The notes: generated by a model not told the origin, from the sequence alone. Positions 28,576 through 39,900 are shown, counted from the stretch's first letter. The stretch is DNA of 64,000 nt from Candidatus Latescibacterota bacterium (GCA_963667175.2 CAXXXF010000003.1:416001-480000); one strand, 5' to 3'. Made by a program: numbers and translations.

Positions 28576-28668
28576 TTAGCCTCCAGGGCACTTCGGTTGT
28601 TCCCGGGAGGCGCGGGTGGAAATTTTCATCTTTATTATTTTCAACAACTTATACGTATATGCCCACAT
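28576..28668 (-). CDS. Putative leader peptide (30 aa) MWAYTYKLLKIIKMKISTRASREQPKCPGG
   Basis: Short uORF lying between the promoter (28708-28736) and the terminator (28492-28531). Confidence 0.5.
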   Translation of the reverse strand: MWAYTYKLLKIIKMKISTRASREQPKCPGG

Positions 28669-28707
28669 GTTATGGTGTATGGTCAGGAATATTCGTGCAC
28701 CGACTGA

Positions 28708-28736
28708 AATATAACATGGCGACCATGCGAGGTCAA
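28708..28736 (-). promoter_or_regulatory. Sigma70-type promoter for the leader/ABC operon
   Basis: TTGACC-17 bp-TATATT with extended TG. Confidence 0.65.
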
Positions 28737-29036
28737 GAGAATTCAACCCCGAAACATCGAAACGTCTATTCCCTCCAGGTCGTACCTGAGACCTGGCGAG
28801 AGGTCTGCGAACGCGGTCCGACACCCGCGATTATCGTCTCATGGACACGACGCCGCACAACCGGAATTCCCGCTAACTGCCGATAAGGAAAACACTTGCG
28901 CGCGTGATACAGAACAATTATCATTGTCCGAAATCAGATTCATAGAGACCGCTGGAGGCAGAAAAGAACCGTCGCCATTTCCCGTCTCCGGTCCTGAAAA
29001 AAGTTGAGCGCTAACGGAAGCCCGCCATTAAATGGA

Positions 29037-30050
29037 ATGACGATGAACTACCATGCGTACATCACCGTATCCAGCGACGACAGGATTCTGAAATACCGAA
29101 TGGATCCGGACTCGGGCGATCTCGATTTCGAATACAGCATCCACGCCGAGGGCGGGCCGGGACCGCTAGCGGTCGACCCGCGCCAGGAGTACCTCTATCT
29201 CAGCAGGCGAGGCGCGCGCGAGATCTCCACCTACGCCATCGATTCCGCGACGGGCGGCATTGCCTTGCTGGGCTCGGTCTCCGTGGATACCGACGCGTGT
29301 TACGTGAGCACGGATCGAAACGGAAGATTCCTCCTCTCCGCTTCGTACGGCGGAGGGGTGGCGGCCGTCCACGCTATCCGGGGGGACGGGACGTTGAGCG
29401 ATTCGCCGGTCCAGACCGTCAAGACCCTGCCGAAAGCCCACTTCATTCTCACGAATCCTTCGAATCGCCTCGCGTATCTGCCCCACGTCGGAGAATCCAA
29501 CACCATTATCGGCTTTCGTTTCGATGAAGAGGCCGGCACGCTCCGTGAGGTCTCGCGGACCTCTCACGAACCCGACGTCGGTCCCCGCCACCTCGTTTTC
29601 CACCCTGAACTGGATGTGGTCTACGTCTCCAATGAGCAGGGCAGCAGCGTGACCGCCTATTTGTGCGACGCCGCTTCCGGCGTTCTGGAACCCATGCAGA
29701 CCCTTTCCACACTGCCTGACGGCTATGGCGGTGAAAACACCTGCGCGCAGATCCATGTCCACCCCTCGGGGGAATTCCTGTACGTTTCCAACCGGGGTCA
29801 CGACAGTATTGCCTGTTTTGCGGTTGATCCGGAGGGCCGCGTCACAAGAATCGGAATTCAACGCACGGAACCGGTGCCCAGGGCTTTCGGGATTGATCCC
29901 ACGGGCGGCTTTCTCTACGCGGGCGGTCAGGAATCGGGCAGGCTGGCATCATACCGGATTGACGCGCAGACCGGCCGGTTGCGTCCCCTTAAGACCTACA
30001 CCGTCGGCAAACAGTCCATGTGGGTCCTTATCCTCGCGCTTTCCGGCTGA
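29037..30050 (+). CDS. Lactonase family (6-phosphogluconolactonase-like) beta-propeller
   Basis: GPRHLVFHP, YVSNE, FLYVSNRGHDSIA, PRAFGIDP. Confidence 0.88.
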   Translation: MTMNYHAYITVSSDDRILKYRMDPDSGDLDFEYSIHAEGGPGPLAVDPRQEYLYLSRRGAREISTYAIDSATGGIALLGSVSVDTDACYVSTDRNGRFLLSASYGGGVAAVHAIRGDGTLSDSPVQTVKTLPKAHFILTNPSNRLAYLPHVGESNTIIGFRFDEEAGTLREVSRTSHEPDVGPRHLVFHPELDVVYVSNEQGSSVTAYLCDAASGVLEPMQTLSTLPDGYGGENTCAQIHVHPSGEFLYVSNRGHDSIACFAVDPEGRVTRIGIQRTEPVPRAFGIDPTGGFLYAGGQESGRLASYRIDAQTGRLRPLKTYTVGKQSMWVLILALSG

Positions 30051-30251
30051 TAAACGACGGTATCGACATCTAACCGATCCGGACCATTCCGACGGTTCGG
30101 GAACTCCGGAGCGGACGATCAACGGGGAAATTCAGGCAACGAAGTTTGCAATTCACGGCGTCCCTGAAGAGAGAACGCGGCCATCACTTGCATGAGAACG
30201 AAATAGCAGCCCTAAATGCCTTATTTTCCGGCAATAATGACGTTTATCCTA

Positions 30252-30280
30252 TTGACAAACCCGAAGTAGTGCCTTAATAT
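30252..30280 (+). promoter_or_regulatory. Sigma70-type promoter
   Basis: TTGACA-17 bp-TAATAT upstream of the SPOR/MltD/mreD cluster. Confidence 0.65.
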
Positions 30281-30310
30281 ACAGTATAGTACAATACCAA
30301 AAATAACAAG

Positions 30311-31093
30311 ATGTTGGGAGGTCTGGCCGTGGCTTGTTCAATCTCAGCAAGATCCGGATACCTGTTCCAGATCGTGTTGCTGGTTTTAATGGCGGCGTGC
30401 GCATCTCCCAACCGGAGTATCGCACCCCCTGTGCCGGCCGCCAGCGAGGATTTCGATCCGCAAAGCCTCAACGACGACGACCTTGTGCTGAAACCGCCTG
30501 CCGGGGCGGAAACGCCCGACGCGGATCAATCCGCCGAGGCCGCGCCGGCCACGGTTCAGATCGATGGATTTCGCGCGCAGATCGCCGTGGTGTCGAGTCT
30601 CGAACGGGCCGAAAAGGTCAAGAACGAAGCCGTTGCGAGACTCGGGGCGCCGGTATACGTATACCGCGACCCGGACACCGGTCTGCACAAAATTCAGGTG
30701 GGAAACGGGAGGACCGCGGCAGAGGTCGAATCCCTGCGCCAACGCGCCAAGAACCAGGGGTATCCCGAAGCATTCATTGTGCGAACCGGAATCGAAGTGT
30801 CCCGTGCCGAAATCTATGGCCCGGATCCCGTGGACGGTTACCGCGTTCAGATCTTTGCGGCATCGAGCCGCGCGGCTGCTGAAGCCGAAAAGGCCAACGT
30901 CCGAGACACACTCGGACAGGACGACGTTTACATAGAATCCGAGCCGCCGTACTTCAAGGTCCGCATCGGCAATTTCATAACGAGGGAAGCCGCTGAAGGG
31001 CTGATGGAGAGACTTAAGGCATACGGATACGATACGACGTTTGTGGTCCGGACACGCATCACAACAATCACAGAACAGACAACCGGCAACTGA
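30311..31093 (+). CDS. SPOR-domain lipoprotein (two SPOR domains)
   Basis: Lipobox MAAC; GFRAQI...KIQVGN...GYPEAFIV and GYRVQIFA...PYFKVRIGNF...GYDTTFVV. Confidence 0.82.
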   Translation: MLGGLAVACSISARSGYLFQIVLLVLMAACASPNRSIAPPVPAASEDFDPQSLNDDDLVLKPPAGAETPDADQSAEAAPATVQIDGFRAQIAVVSSLERAEKVKNEAVARLGAPVYVYRDPDTGLHKIQVGNGRTAAEVESLRQRAKNQGYPEAFIVRTGIEVSRAEIYGPDPVDGYRVQIFAASSRAAAEAEKANVRDTLGQDDVYIESEPPYFKVRIGNFITREAAEGLMERLKAYGYDTTFVVRTRITTITEQTTGN

Positions 31094-31234
31094 ACGCGTA
31101 CGGGGTTGACCGTGACGGTCCCGCTGCCTTGACCGCCTCGAACACAGGCCTGCAATGCGCGACCGGTCCGTCGCCCGATCCACCGGAGTTTCCCGGTGAC
31201 CGGGCTTCCGGATCGATTTCTCCAGAATGTTCAG

Positions 31235-33091
31235 ATGAGAGTTAGCCCGCTGTCCCTGAAAGTCGCGTCTTGCAGCCTATTGGTTCTGTTTCTGCTCACG
31301 GGATGTTCGACGACCAGAAAGGTCGCGAAGATTCCCGAAGCCGAAACCCCGACTCTGACTGAGAAGGCGCCGGAGGCCGCCGAGGGTTCCACGGCAGTCA
31401 GGAAGGAACGCCCGCGTCCGGACAGCAAACGGATTCGGCGAGCCTCGGAGACACTCGGGAAGGCACTCCGCGATGAAACCGCGTTATCCGTGGAACGCCT
31501 GTGCATTCTGCTCACCGATTCCACGATAACCGGAACCTTGACGCAGGAGCGCCACCTCGAATTGCTTCGCACGGCGTTCGAGCGCTATCGGAAGATGATT
31601 CCGCCATCCGCGCTCGTACGGCCGAACGCCGCAATGGCGCGGCTGCTCAACGCGATTCCCGGCAGCCTCCGGTCGCAATTGCGCGAAGACGTTCATTTCA
31701 GGGAACTCTACGTCCGCAAGCTGGCAGGCTCCGCGGATGTTCCGGTCGACTACAATTCCGAGGTCGTCAAGACGATCCGTTATTTCCAGACCACCGCCCG
31801 GAAGGCATTCAAGGCCTGGCTTTCGCGTTCACCTCTCTATATCCCGATGATTCGGGAAGCACTGCGTGACGCGGGTCTTCCGGAGGACCTGGTCTATAAG
31901 GCCATGATCGAAAGCGGCTTCAACCCCAGAGCCTATTCACGTGCAAGGGCAGTTGGCATCTGGCAGTTCGTTCGGGGCACGGCCCGGCTTTACGGTCTCA
32001 AGAACGACGGCTTTATCGATGAACGGCGGGATCCGGAAAAGTCGACGCGTGCCGCAATCCGGCATATCCGTCACCTTTACGGGCTTTTTGGCGACTGGCG
32101 TCTTGTCATTGCCGCGTACAACTGCGGGCAGGGCCGTCTCCAACGCATTATTCAGCGTTCGCGAACGGACGATTTCTGGAGACTGAGGGGCTTGCCCGGG
32201 GAAACGCGGAGACACGTCCCAAGATTCATGGCGGCCCTCATCATCTCCAAAGATCCCGAGTGGTTCGGGTTTAACGACGTGGTGTATCAGACACCTGAGA
32301 AATACGACTCAGTGCCGGTGATGGAGTGTGTCGACCTTCGTGTGGCCGCCGAATGTGCGGGTACGTCCTACTCGCGCATGCGAGTCCTGAATCCGGAACT
32401 CTATTCGGGTTATACGCCGCCGGGCAGGCGGAGGCCCTATTATCTCAGAATTCCGGCGGGCGCGGCCGACAGATTCAGAGTCAACTACGCGCGCGTTCCT
32501 GCCAGCCGGAAACATGGAATGGTCGAATACACGATGCGTTACGGCGAAACCGTTTCCGGAATTGCCCGCCGGTTCCGTACTTCAATCAAAGCTGTGCTCG
32601 CGGCGAACAACATATCGAATCCAAGGCGGATTCGCGCGGGCACAAGGCTGAAGATTCCCATCTTTCCGAACGGCCGACCCACGCGGGCAGTGACAGCGAC
32701 TGCGCGCGTGGCGGCGCCCGATCCGGACACGCACCGGAAGGTCGCGCATCGTGTGAAGAAGGGGGACACCCTGTGGGGAATCGGACGCCGGTACGGTGTC
32801 ACCCCGAGTCAGATCCGGGCGTGGAATACCCTCAAGAGGCATATTGCGCCGGGCGACCGTCTGGTCATCTGGAGGCCGGAGGCGCATCAGTTTGCTCTGG
32901 CCAATCCTTCGGACCAGCGACGCGGCGAATTCTATATTGTCCAATCGGGCGATACGCTCTGGGACATCGCGCGCAGTTTCAGAGTCCGGGTCAACGACCT
33001 CAAGAAATGGAACCGCATCCGGAAACCCGGAAGTCTGCGGGTGGGCGCCCGGCTACTCATACGACAGTCCGGATCCCGGGCTGTCGACTGA
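31235..33091 (+). CDS. Membrane-bound lytic transglycosylase D-like (SLT + three LysM)
   Basis: Lipobox LTGC; AMIESGFNPRAYSRARAVGIWQF, AAYNCG; LysM repeats VKKGDTLW, VQSGDTLW. Confidence 0.9.
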   Translation: MRVSPLSLKVASCSLLVLFLLTGCSTTRKVAKIPEAETPTLTEKAPEAAEGSTAVRKERPRPDSKRIRRASETLGKALRDETALSVERLCILLTDSTITGTLTQERHLELLRTAFERYRKMIPPSALVRPNAAMARLLNAIPGSLRSQLREDVHFRELYVRKLAGSADVPVDYNSEVVKTIRYFQTTARKAFKAWLSRSPLYIPMIREALRDAGLPEDLVYKAMIESGFNPRAYSRARAVGIWQFVRGTARLYGLKNDGFIDERRDPEKSTRAAIRHIRHLYGLFGDWRLVIAAYNCGQGRLQRIIQRSRTDDFWRLRGLPGETRRHVPRFMAALIISKDPEWFGFNDVVYQTPEKYDSVPVMECVDLRVAAECAGTSYSRMRVLNPELYSGYTPPGRRRPYYLRIPAGAADRFRVNYARVPASRKHGMVEYTMRYGETVSGIARRFRTSIKAVLAANNISNPRRIRAGTRLKIPIFPNGRPTRAVTATARVAAPDPDTHRKVAHRVKKGDTLWGIGRRYGVTPSQIRAWNTLKRHIAPGDRLVIWRPEAHQFALANPSDQRRGEFYIVQSGDTLWDIARSFRVRVNDLKKWNRIRKPGSLRVGARLLIRQSGSRAVD

Positions 33092-33125
33092 GTCAACCGG
33101 CAGAACAAAGAGGGAGGGCTCGCTC

Positions 33126-33653
33126 ACGCCCCAACTGTCGCTCCTGAGAGTCCTTCGAGACCTTTTTCTGATCGCCCTGGCGCTGCTCATTCAGACCTCC
33201 TGGGCGCATTCGGTCCGAATTCTGGACGTCGGCCCGGATCTTGTTATCATCGTGCTGGTGTACCTGGGCATAAACGGAGGGCAGATTGAAGGCACATTAT
33301 ACGGATTCGCATCCGGCTTCCTGCTGGACGTCTACAGCCCCGAGACGATGGGCATCAACGCGCTTGCAAACAGCGTGGTCGGATTTTCCGTCGGCCATTT
33401 CCGATCGGGCGTCACAATCGAAGATTTCCGCATGCAGGCCCTGCTGCTCTTCCTGGCGGTTCTGCTGCACGATGTGATCTATTTTGTTTTCGCTAACGTT
33501 CTCTCGAATCTGGATGCGATTCCAGCATTGATCGTCCGGTTCGGGATCGGGACGGCATTATACACCGCGGTCGTTGGAGTCGGCATTTCGCTGGTATTGT
33601 CCATTCGCTTCAACAAGGGGATTTACCTCGATGCACGACGACTTTATGGATAA
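33126..33653 (+). CDS. mreD: Rod shape-determining protein MreD
   Basis: GPDLVIIVLVY, GTLYGFASGFLLD, MGINALANSVVGF; directly upstream of mrdA; start codon uncertain (ACG/CTG). Confidence 0.82.
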   Translation, partial: TPQLSLLRVLRDLFLIALALLIQTSWAHSVRILDVGPDLVIIVLVYLGINGGQIEGTLYGFASGFLLDVYSPETMGINALANSVVGFSVGHFRSGVTIEDFRMQALLLFLAVLLHDVIYFVFANVLSNLDAIPALIVRFGIGTALYTAVVGVGISLVLSIRFNKGIYLDARRLYG

Positions 33654-35523
33654 CGGCTTTCGGAAGACCCGGGCACGATGGATGATGTCTGTGGTGATCG
33701 TCCTGTTTGCCGTTCTGTTTGTCGGCGTGTTCCGGCTGCAGATTACAGACAGCGAACGCTACAGCATCCAGTCCAAGAAAAACACGATGCAGGTGGTGCC
33801 CATCGAAGCCGGCCGGGGCCTGATTACGGATCGCAACGGCGTACTCCTCGTAGACAATCGGCCCTCGTACACCATTTCCGTCCTTCCGCAACGACTGCGT
33901 GGTAATACCGATCCGACGGTTCGCGGGCGCGTGGTCAACCGGCTCAGTCAGGTTGCGGGCCTGCCTGTACAGCGCATCAACCGAAAACTCGAGGACCGAA
34001 ACCGCCGTTTCCACGAGCCTGTAAGACTGATACGAGACGTTGGATTCAACATCGTGTCCGTCGTGGAAGAAGAACGCCACGATCTGCCGGGCGTGGAAAT
34101 ACAGTTTGAAGCCCGCAGAGGATATCTCAGCCTCAGCCGCGGCTTCCCTCTTGCGCCTCATATCGTCGGATACGTCGGATTGATCGACCCCGAGACCTAT
34201 GAGCGTAAGCGGGAGATGGGTTACCGTCTGGACGACCAGATCGGCAAACGGGGGATTGAGCGCTTGTGCGAGTCTGTACTGAGGGGCCGGGAAGGCATGA
34301 AATTCATCGAGGTCGACGCCTTCGGCAGAGAGGTCGGCAGCTTTCCCGAAAGGACAACCCTGCCGTTGCGAGGTAACGACGTTCAGCTGACCCTGGACTG
34401 GCGATTGCAGCAGGCTGCGGAACTCGCGTTTGCCGATTCGCTGAGAGGCAGCCTGGTGGCGATGAATCCGAACAACGGGGAGATCCTCGCCATGGTCAGC
34501 AAACCCGGATTCCATCCACAATCGATTCGCGACCTGCGCCAATGGCGAACCCTGCAGGCCGACAAGTCAAACCCCCTGCTGAACCGAAGCATAAAGGGCG
34601 AATACCCTCCTGCCTCGGTTTTCAAGATGGTTACGGCGATTGCCGGTCTTGAAACGGGCCTGATCGACTCCGAAACAGCGCGATACCGGTCTTGTGCCGG
34701 CGGGATGAAGTTCGGAGACCGGGTGTTCCGCTGCCACAATGCGACAGGCTGTGGACGGCTCTCGCTGCGTGGCGCGCTCATCCGCTCCTGCGACGTCTAC
34801 TTTTACCAGTTGGGGCGCAAGGTGGGGATTACCAACTGGAATCGGTACGCCAGAACGCTCGGATTCGGTCAGCCCACTGGAATCGACATCGCTGCCGGAG
34901 GCGATGGCGAGGCTTCCGGACTCGTCACCGACCGTTCGTACTACACGGCACGCTATGGGCACTGGGCGGACGGGTACATGCTGAATCTCGCAATCGGCCA
35001 GGGCGAGACCTCCGTGACCCCCGTACAGACCGCCCGTTACATCAGCGCGCTGGCTGTGGGCACACTGCCGCGACCCCGTGTCCTGAAGAGTACGGCCCCC
35101 GAGTTCACGCCGGTTCAGATTTCCGCACAGACCCTGAAGACCATACGTAGCATCATGCTGGACGTCGTCGAGGCTCCGTACGGCACAGGAAAACGCGCCA
35201 GGGTGGAAGGGGTACGGGTGGCGGGTAAAACCGGTACGGCACAGAATCCTCACGGTGAAGATCACGCCTGGTTTACCGCCCTTGCACCGGCGCATTATCC
35301 TGAAATCGTGGTCGCCGTCGTGGTCGAAAACGCCGGCCATGGCGGCGCGGTCGCCGCTCCGATCGCGGGGCGGGTTCTGGAGACGTACTTCGACCTGACG
35401 CGGCCGGAACAGAAGACGGATACGATCGTCGCCGCGCGCGTCGACAACGAACAATCACCTGAAGCGAACGACTCCGATCCGGCGCCAGCGGGGAGCACGA
35501 CGCCCGCGGTCGTCTTGCGATAG
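33631..35523 (+). CDS. mrdA: Penicillin-binding protein 2
   Basis: RGLITDRNG, YPPASVFK (SxxK), SCDVYFY, AGKTGTAQ, DHAWF. Confidence 0.93.
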   Translation: MHDDFMDNGFRKTRARWMMSVVIVLFAVLFVGVFRLQITDSERYSIQSKKNTMQVVPIEAGRGLITDRNGVLLVDNRPSYTISVLPQRLRGNTDPTVRGRVVNRLSQVAGLPVQRINRKLEDRNRRFHEPVRLIRDVGFNIVSVVEEERHDLPGVEIQFEARRGYLSLSRGFPLAPHIVGYVGLIDPETYERKREMGYRLDDQIGKRGIERLCESVLRGREGMKFIEVDAFGREVGSFPERTTLPLRGNDVQLTLDWRLQQAAELAFADSLRGSLVAMNPNNGEILAMVSKPGFHPQSIRDLRQWRTLQADKSNPLLNRSIKGEYPPASVFKMVTAIAGLETGLIDSETARYRSCAGGMKFGDRVFRCHNATGCGRLSLRGALIRSCDVYFYQLGRKVGITNWNRYARTLGFGQPTGIDIAAGGDGEASGLVTDRSYYTARYGHWADGYMLNLAIGQGETSVTPVQTARYISALAVGTLPRPRVLKSTAPEFTPVQISAQTLKTIRSIMLDVVEAPYGTGKRARVEGVRVAGKTGTAQNPHGEDHAWFTALAPAHYPEIVVAVVVENAGHGGAVAAPIAGRVLETYFDLTRPEQKTDTIVAARVDNEQSPEANDSDPAPAGSTTPAVVLR

Positions 35524-35586
35524 CCGGCGTGCAATCCACCGGTACAGGCCGGAAATGCCCGAATTGAGTTAAACAGGAATCTACGC

Positions 35587-36807
35587 GTGGTCCTCTCCCG
35601 TTTCTTCAAACAGGAACTCGATCTGCCGCTGCTGCTTTCGGTTGTACTTGCCACGCTGTTCGGCATTGGCGCAATTTACAGCGCCACGTACAGCTGGGAA
35701 CACGGCGCGGCCGGCAGGATTTACGAAAGGCAGATCATCTGGAGCGCGGTTGCCGTTGCCGCCCTGTTTCTCACCCTGTTCGTGCCGCCGAAATATTACT
35801 ACGCCTTTGCGTACATTCTCTACGGCATCTCAATCTGTCTGCTGGTTCTGGTTCTGCAGTTTGGGGATCAACGCTGGTTCGATCTGGGCCCGTTTCATAT
35901 GCAGCCGTCGGAACTGGCGAAAATAGCCACCATTCTTGCCCTGGCAAGGTACCTTTCGACGCGCAACCTCGACCTGGACCGGCCCCGCTCACTGATTACG
36001 CCGTTTTTTCTGGTTTTGCTTCCGGCGGTTCTGGTATTCAAGCAGCCCGACCTGGGTACCGCGCTGGTGTTCATCTCCGTACTCCTGCCCATGTTCTACT
36101 GGGCCGGCATGAGGCCTGTCGTGCTGTTTTTTCTGATTTCCCCCTTGCTGAGCGTGATCTGCGCCTTCCACTACGTTGCGCTTGTTGTCCTGGTTCTGGC
36201 GATTGCGGGCGTTGTATTTCTGGTTCGACCGGGCCGGTTGATGGTTGGCGCCATTGTCGTGGTCAATCTCGCGGTCGCGGTTGGCGCGCCATTTCTCTGG
36301 GAAAACAAGCTTCACGACTATCAGCGCCGACGGATTCTGACCTTTCTGAATCCCGACCTGGACAAACTCGGCGCGGGCTACCAGGTCATGCAATCCAAGG
36401 TGGCGATCGGCTCGGGCGGCCTTAACGGCAAAGGATACCTGCAGGGTACTCAGACCAAACTCTCCTTCCTTCCCGAACAACACACCGACTTTGTATTCTC
36501 CGTAATCGGCGAGGAGTTCGGATTCGCCGGCGCGACAATCGTTCTCGCCATGTTTCTCCTGATCATCTGGCGCGCAATCCAGATCGCGGGCCTTGTCAAG
36601 AGCCGTTTTTCGAGCCTCGTAGCCATTGGTCTTGCCGCCATGCTGACCTTTCACGTCTTTGTCAATATAGGCATGACCGTCGGCGTGGTGCCGGTTACCG
36701 GTCTGCCGCTGCCGTATTTCAGCTACGGCGGTTCTCACCTCGTTGTCAATCTGATCCTGGCCGGACTGCTGCTCAACATCTATGCCTACAGGCACGAATA
36801 TCATTAA
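35587..36807 (+). CDS. rodA: Rod shape-determining protein RodA (SEDS)
   Basis: QPSELAK, QPDLGT, QSKVAIGSGG, FLPEQHTDF, GLPLPYFSYGGS. Confidence 0.93.
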   Translation: MVLSRFFKQELDLPLLLSVVLATLFGIGAIYSATYSWEHGAAGRIYERQIIWSAVAVAALFLTLFVPPKYYYAFAYILYGISICLLVLVLQFGDQRWFDLGPFHMQPSELAKIATILALARYLSTRNLDLDRPRSLITPFFLVLLPAVLVFKQPDLGTALVFISVLLPMFYWAGMRPVVLFFLISPLLSVICAFHYVALVVLVLAIAGVVFLVRPGRLMVGAIVVVNLAVAVGAPFLWENKLHDYQRRRILTFLNPDLDKLGAGYQVMQSKVAIGSGGLNGKGYLQGTQTKLSFLPEQHTDFVFSVIGEEFGFAGATIVLAMFLLIIWRAIQIAGLVKSRFSSLVAIGLAAMLTFHVFVNIGMTVGVVPVTGLPLPYFSYGGSHLVVNLILAGLLLNIYAYRHEYH

Positions 36808-36958
36808 AAGCCGCCTGACATTTCTGTTATCCACGTGAAAACGGCGACCAAACGGTCGCCGTTTTCGTTGTCCCTCGACAGGCGCGCGCCCGCGCCGAAA
36901 AATGTGAGCAGGTTGCCTGAAACGCCGGAGGGCATCCGCACGGTGGTCCGTCGCGCGC

Positions 36959-39900
36959 TCAGGACTTCTGGGATACCCAGGCGCGCCGTTCTCCCAGAAA
37001 CGCGCAAATTTCCGAAAACAACGCGTCAGATGGCGACACGGTAAGCGCCCGGGATCGAATGACCTTTGTTTCTCCGTTGCCCAGTTCAAGGTGCAGAACC
37101 ACCTTGCACCCGCCCCGGTGACCTTCCAGCATCGCTTTCAGCTGTTCCAGCGGCTCCGGGTCCAGCATCTCGGCCGGAAGTTTCACGTTAAGCGTGTCCC
37201 CTAGCGTCTCCCTCGCGTGCTCGATCGCCAGAATCTCCTCCACGACCAGCGACTGGCGACCATCGCGTCCCGAAAGCCTGCCCTGGACCACCACCATCGC
37301 GTCGGTTACAAACGCAGCCTTGACTCTTTCATATGCGTCTGGAAACACCACCAGATCCATGGCGCCATCGAGATCCTCAATGGCGCCGAACGCCATCGGC
37401 CGTCCGTTTCGGTCGGTATGCGATCTCGTTTCGGAAATCAGCCCCCCGAGTTTCACGTCGGCGCCCTCAGGCAATTTGCCGGCATCCTGAGACGAACGGA
37501 TGCCCAGCGCGACCAGGTCCGTGCGGTACCTTTCCAGCGGATGCCCGGAGAGATAGAATCCGAGCATGTCTTTTTCGTGCGCGAGCCGCTCGGGTTCCGT
37601 CCACTCCGGCTCATCGGGAAGCACATGGTTGTTGATTACCGCCGTCTGGTCCGCGAGGACTTCCATATCGAAGAGCGAAATCTGACGTCGCTGCCGCGCT
37701 GCCTGTGCGGACTGGCCCGCGTCCAGAGCCCGATCGAGACCCTCCAGGAGTTGCGCCCGATGCCCTGAAAGGCAATCCATCGCTCCGGCGCGGATGAGGC
37801 TCTCGATGGCGCGGCGGTTTACCGTGCGCAGGTCCACGCGTTCACAGAACTCGAACAGGGAATGAAACGGACCGTGTGTTTCCCGCGCGCTCACAATGGC
37901 CTCGACCGCGCCGCGGCCCACGTTTCGCACCGCCGCCATCCCCATCCGAATCGCCGTTTCCGAAGCCTCGAAATTCACGTATGAGGTATTCACGTCGGGC
38001 GGCAGGACCTCCAGCTTCATCCGCCGGCACTCTTCGATCACGACCACCATTCGTTCGATGTTCCCGATCTCGCCATTCAGACTGGCAGCCATGTATTCCT
38101 GAGGATAATTCGCCTTGAGGTAGGCGTTCCGGTACGCGACAACCGCATACGCCGCGGCGTGTGCTTTAGGAAATGCGTACCCTGCGAACACTTCGATATT
38201 GGCGAAGATCTTCTGCGCCAGTTTCCCGTCCACCCCGTGCGAATCGCATCCCGCGATAAACGCGTCTTTCTGACGGGCCATCTCCTCGGGTTTCTTTTTG
38301 CCCATCGCATCGCGCAGGATATCGGCCTGCCCCAGACTGAACCCGGCCAGGACCTGCACGCCTTGCATCACCTGTTCCTGGTAGACCATGATTCCATAGG
38401 TTTCTTTCAGGATGGGTTCCAGCTTCGGATGGTCGTAGGCTACCTCCTGCTGCCCGTGCTTGCGCGCGATGAAGTTCGGAATATGTTGCATCGGGCCCGG
38501 GCGATAGAGCGCGTTCATGGCGATGACGTCATCGATACAGTCGGGCTTCAGCTGCACGAGGTATTCGCGCATGCCCGGGCTTTCGAACTGAAACACGCCC
38601 ACGGTGTCGCCACGACCGAACAGATCCAGGGTCTTTCTGTCGTCTTCAGGGATTTTCGTAAGGTCGAATTCCGGTTCTTTCGTCCGGATCAGTTCCACAG
38701 TCTCGTCGGCAAGCGATAGCTCTTTGAGGCCCAGGAAATCCATCTTCAGAAGCCCGATATCCTCGCAGGTCGGTCCGTCGAACTGGGTGGTCACCTTGCC
38801 GTCTTTAGGGGACTTGTAAAGCGGCACGAATTTCGTCAGATCATCGGGCGCGATAATCACGGCCGCAGCGTGTACCGAAGCGTGCCTTGCCAGTCCCTCC
38901 AGGGCCCGCGCGTGCCGGATCAACTGCGCCTCGCCGCCGCTGCCGTCGGCCATTTCCTTCAGTTCGGGCACCTGTTGTATCGCCTTGTCCAGTGTCATTT
39001 TCAAATCGTTGGGCACCAGCTTGGCGATACGATCGACATCGCCAAACGGCATGTCGTGAACCCGCCCCACGTCGCGGATTGCCGCCTTCGCCTTCAATGT
39101 GCCGAACGTGATGATCTGGCAGACGTTGTTCTCGCCGTATTTGTCGGAAACGTACCTGATCACCTGGTCGCGTTTCTTGTCCGAGAAGTCGATATCGATG
39201 TCCGGCAGACTCAGGCGCTTCGGATTCAGGAACCGCTCGAACAGCAGGTTGTACTTCATCGGATCCAGGTCGGTTATGCGGAGTGAATACGCAACCAGGC
39301 TTCCCGCGCAGGAACCCCGCCCGGGCCCCACCGAGATCCCATGTTCCTTCGCGTATTTGACGTAATCCCAGACGATCAGGAAGTATCCGGCCAATCCCAT
39401 TTCCACGATCAGGTCAAGTTCGAACTCCAGGCGGTTCCGGAACTCCGTCGGGACGGTATCGAACCGCCTCTCCAGGCCCTGTCGCGCCAGATGTTTGAGG
39501 TATTCATCCGCCGTGGTGAATCCCGCGGGCAACGGAAATTCCGGCGCGAGGTAATTCCCGAACGCGAACTCCATATTGACCTTCTCCGCGATCTCGAGAG
39601 TCCGCTCGACCGCATGCGGCAGGTCGGAAAACAGCGTGTGCATCTCGTCCGCTGTCTTGAAATAGACGTTTGTCGGATAACACATTCTGCCGGGGTCTTT
39701 CAGCGTCTTGCCGGTCTGTAGCGCCACGAGAACGGCGTGGGACTCGTGATCGTCGGCTCCCAGAAAATGGGAGTCGTTCGTCGCCACGAGCGGTACCCCC
39801 ATTTCTGAGTGAATCCGAATCAGCCCGTCGTTTATGCGGGGTTCCCTGTCGATGCCGTGCCGCTGAATCTCCAGGTAGTAATCCTCGCCGAAAATGTCCA

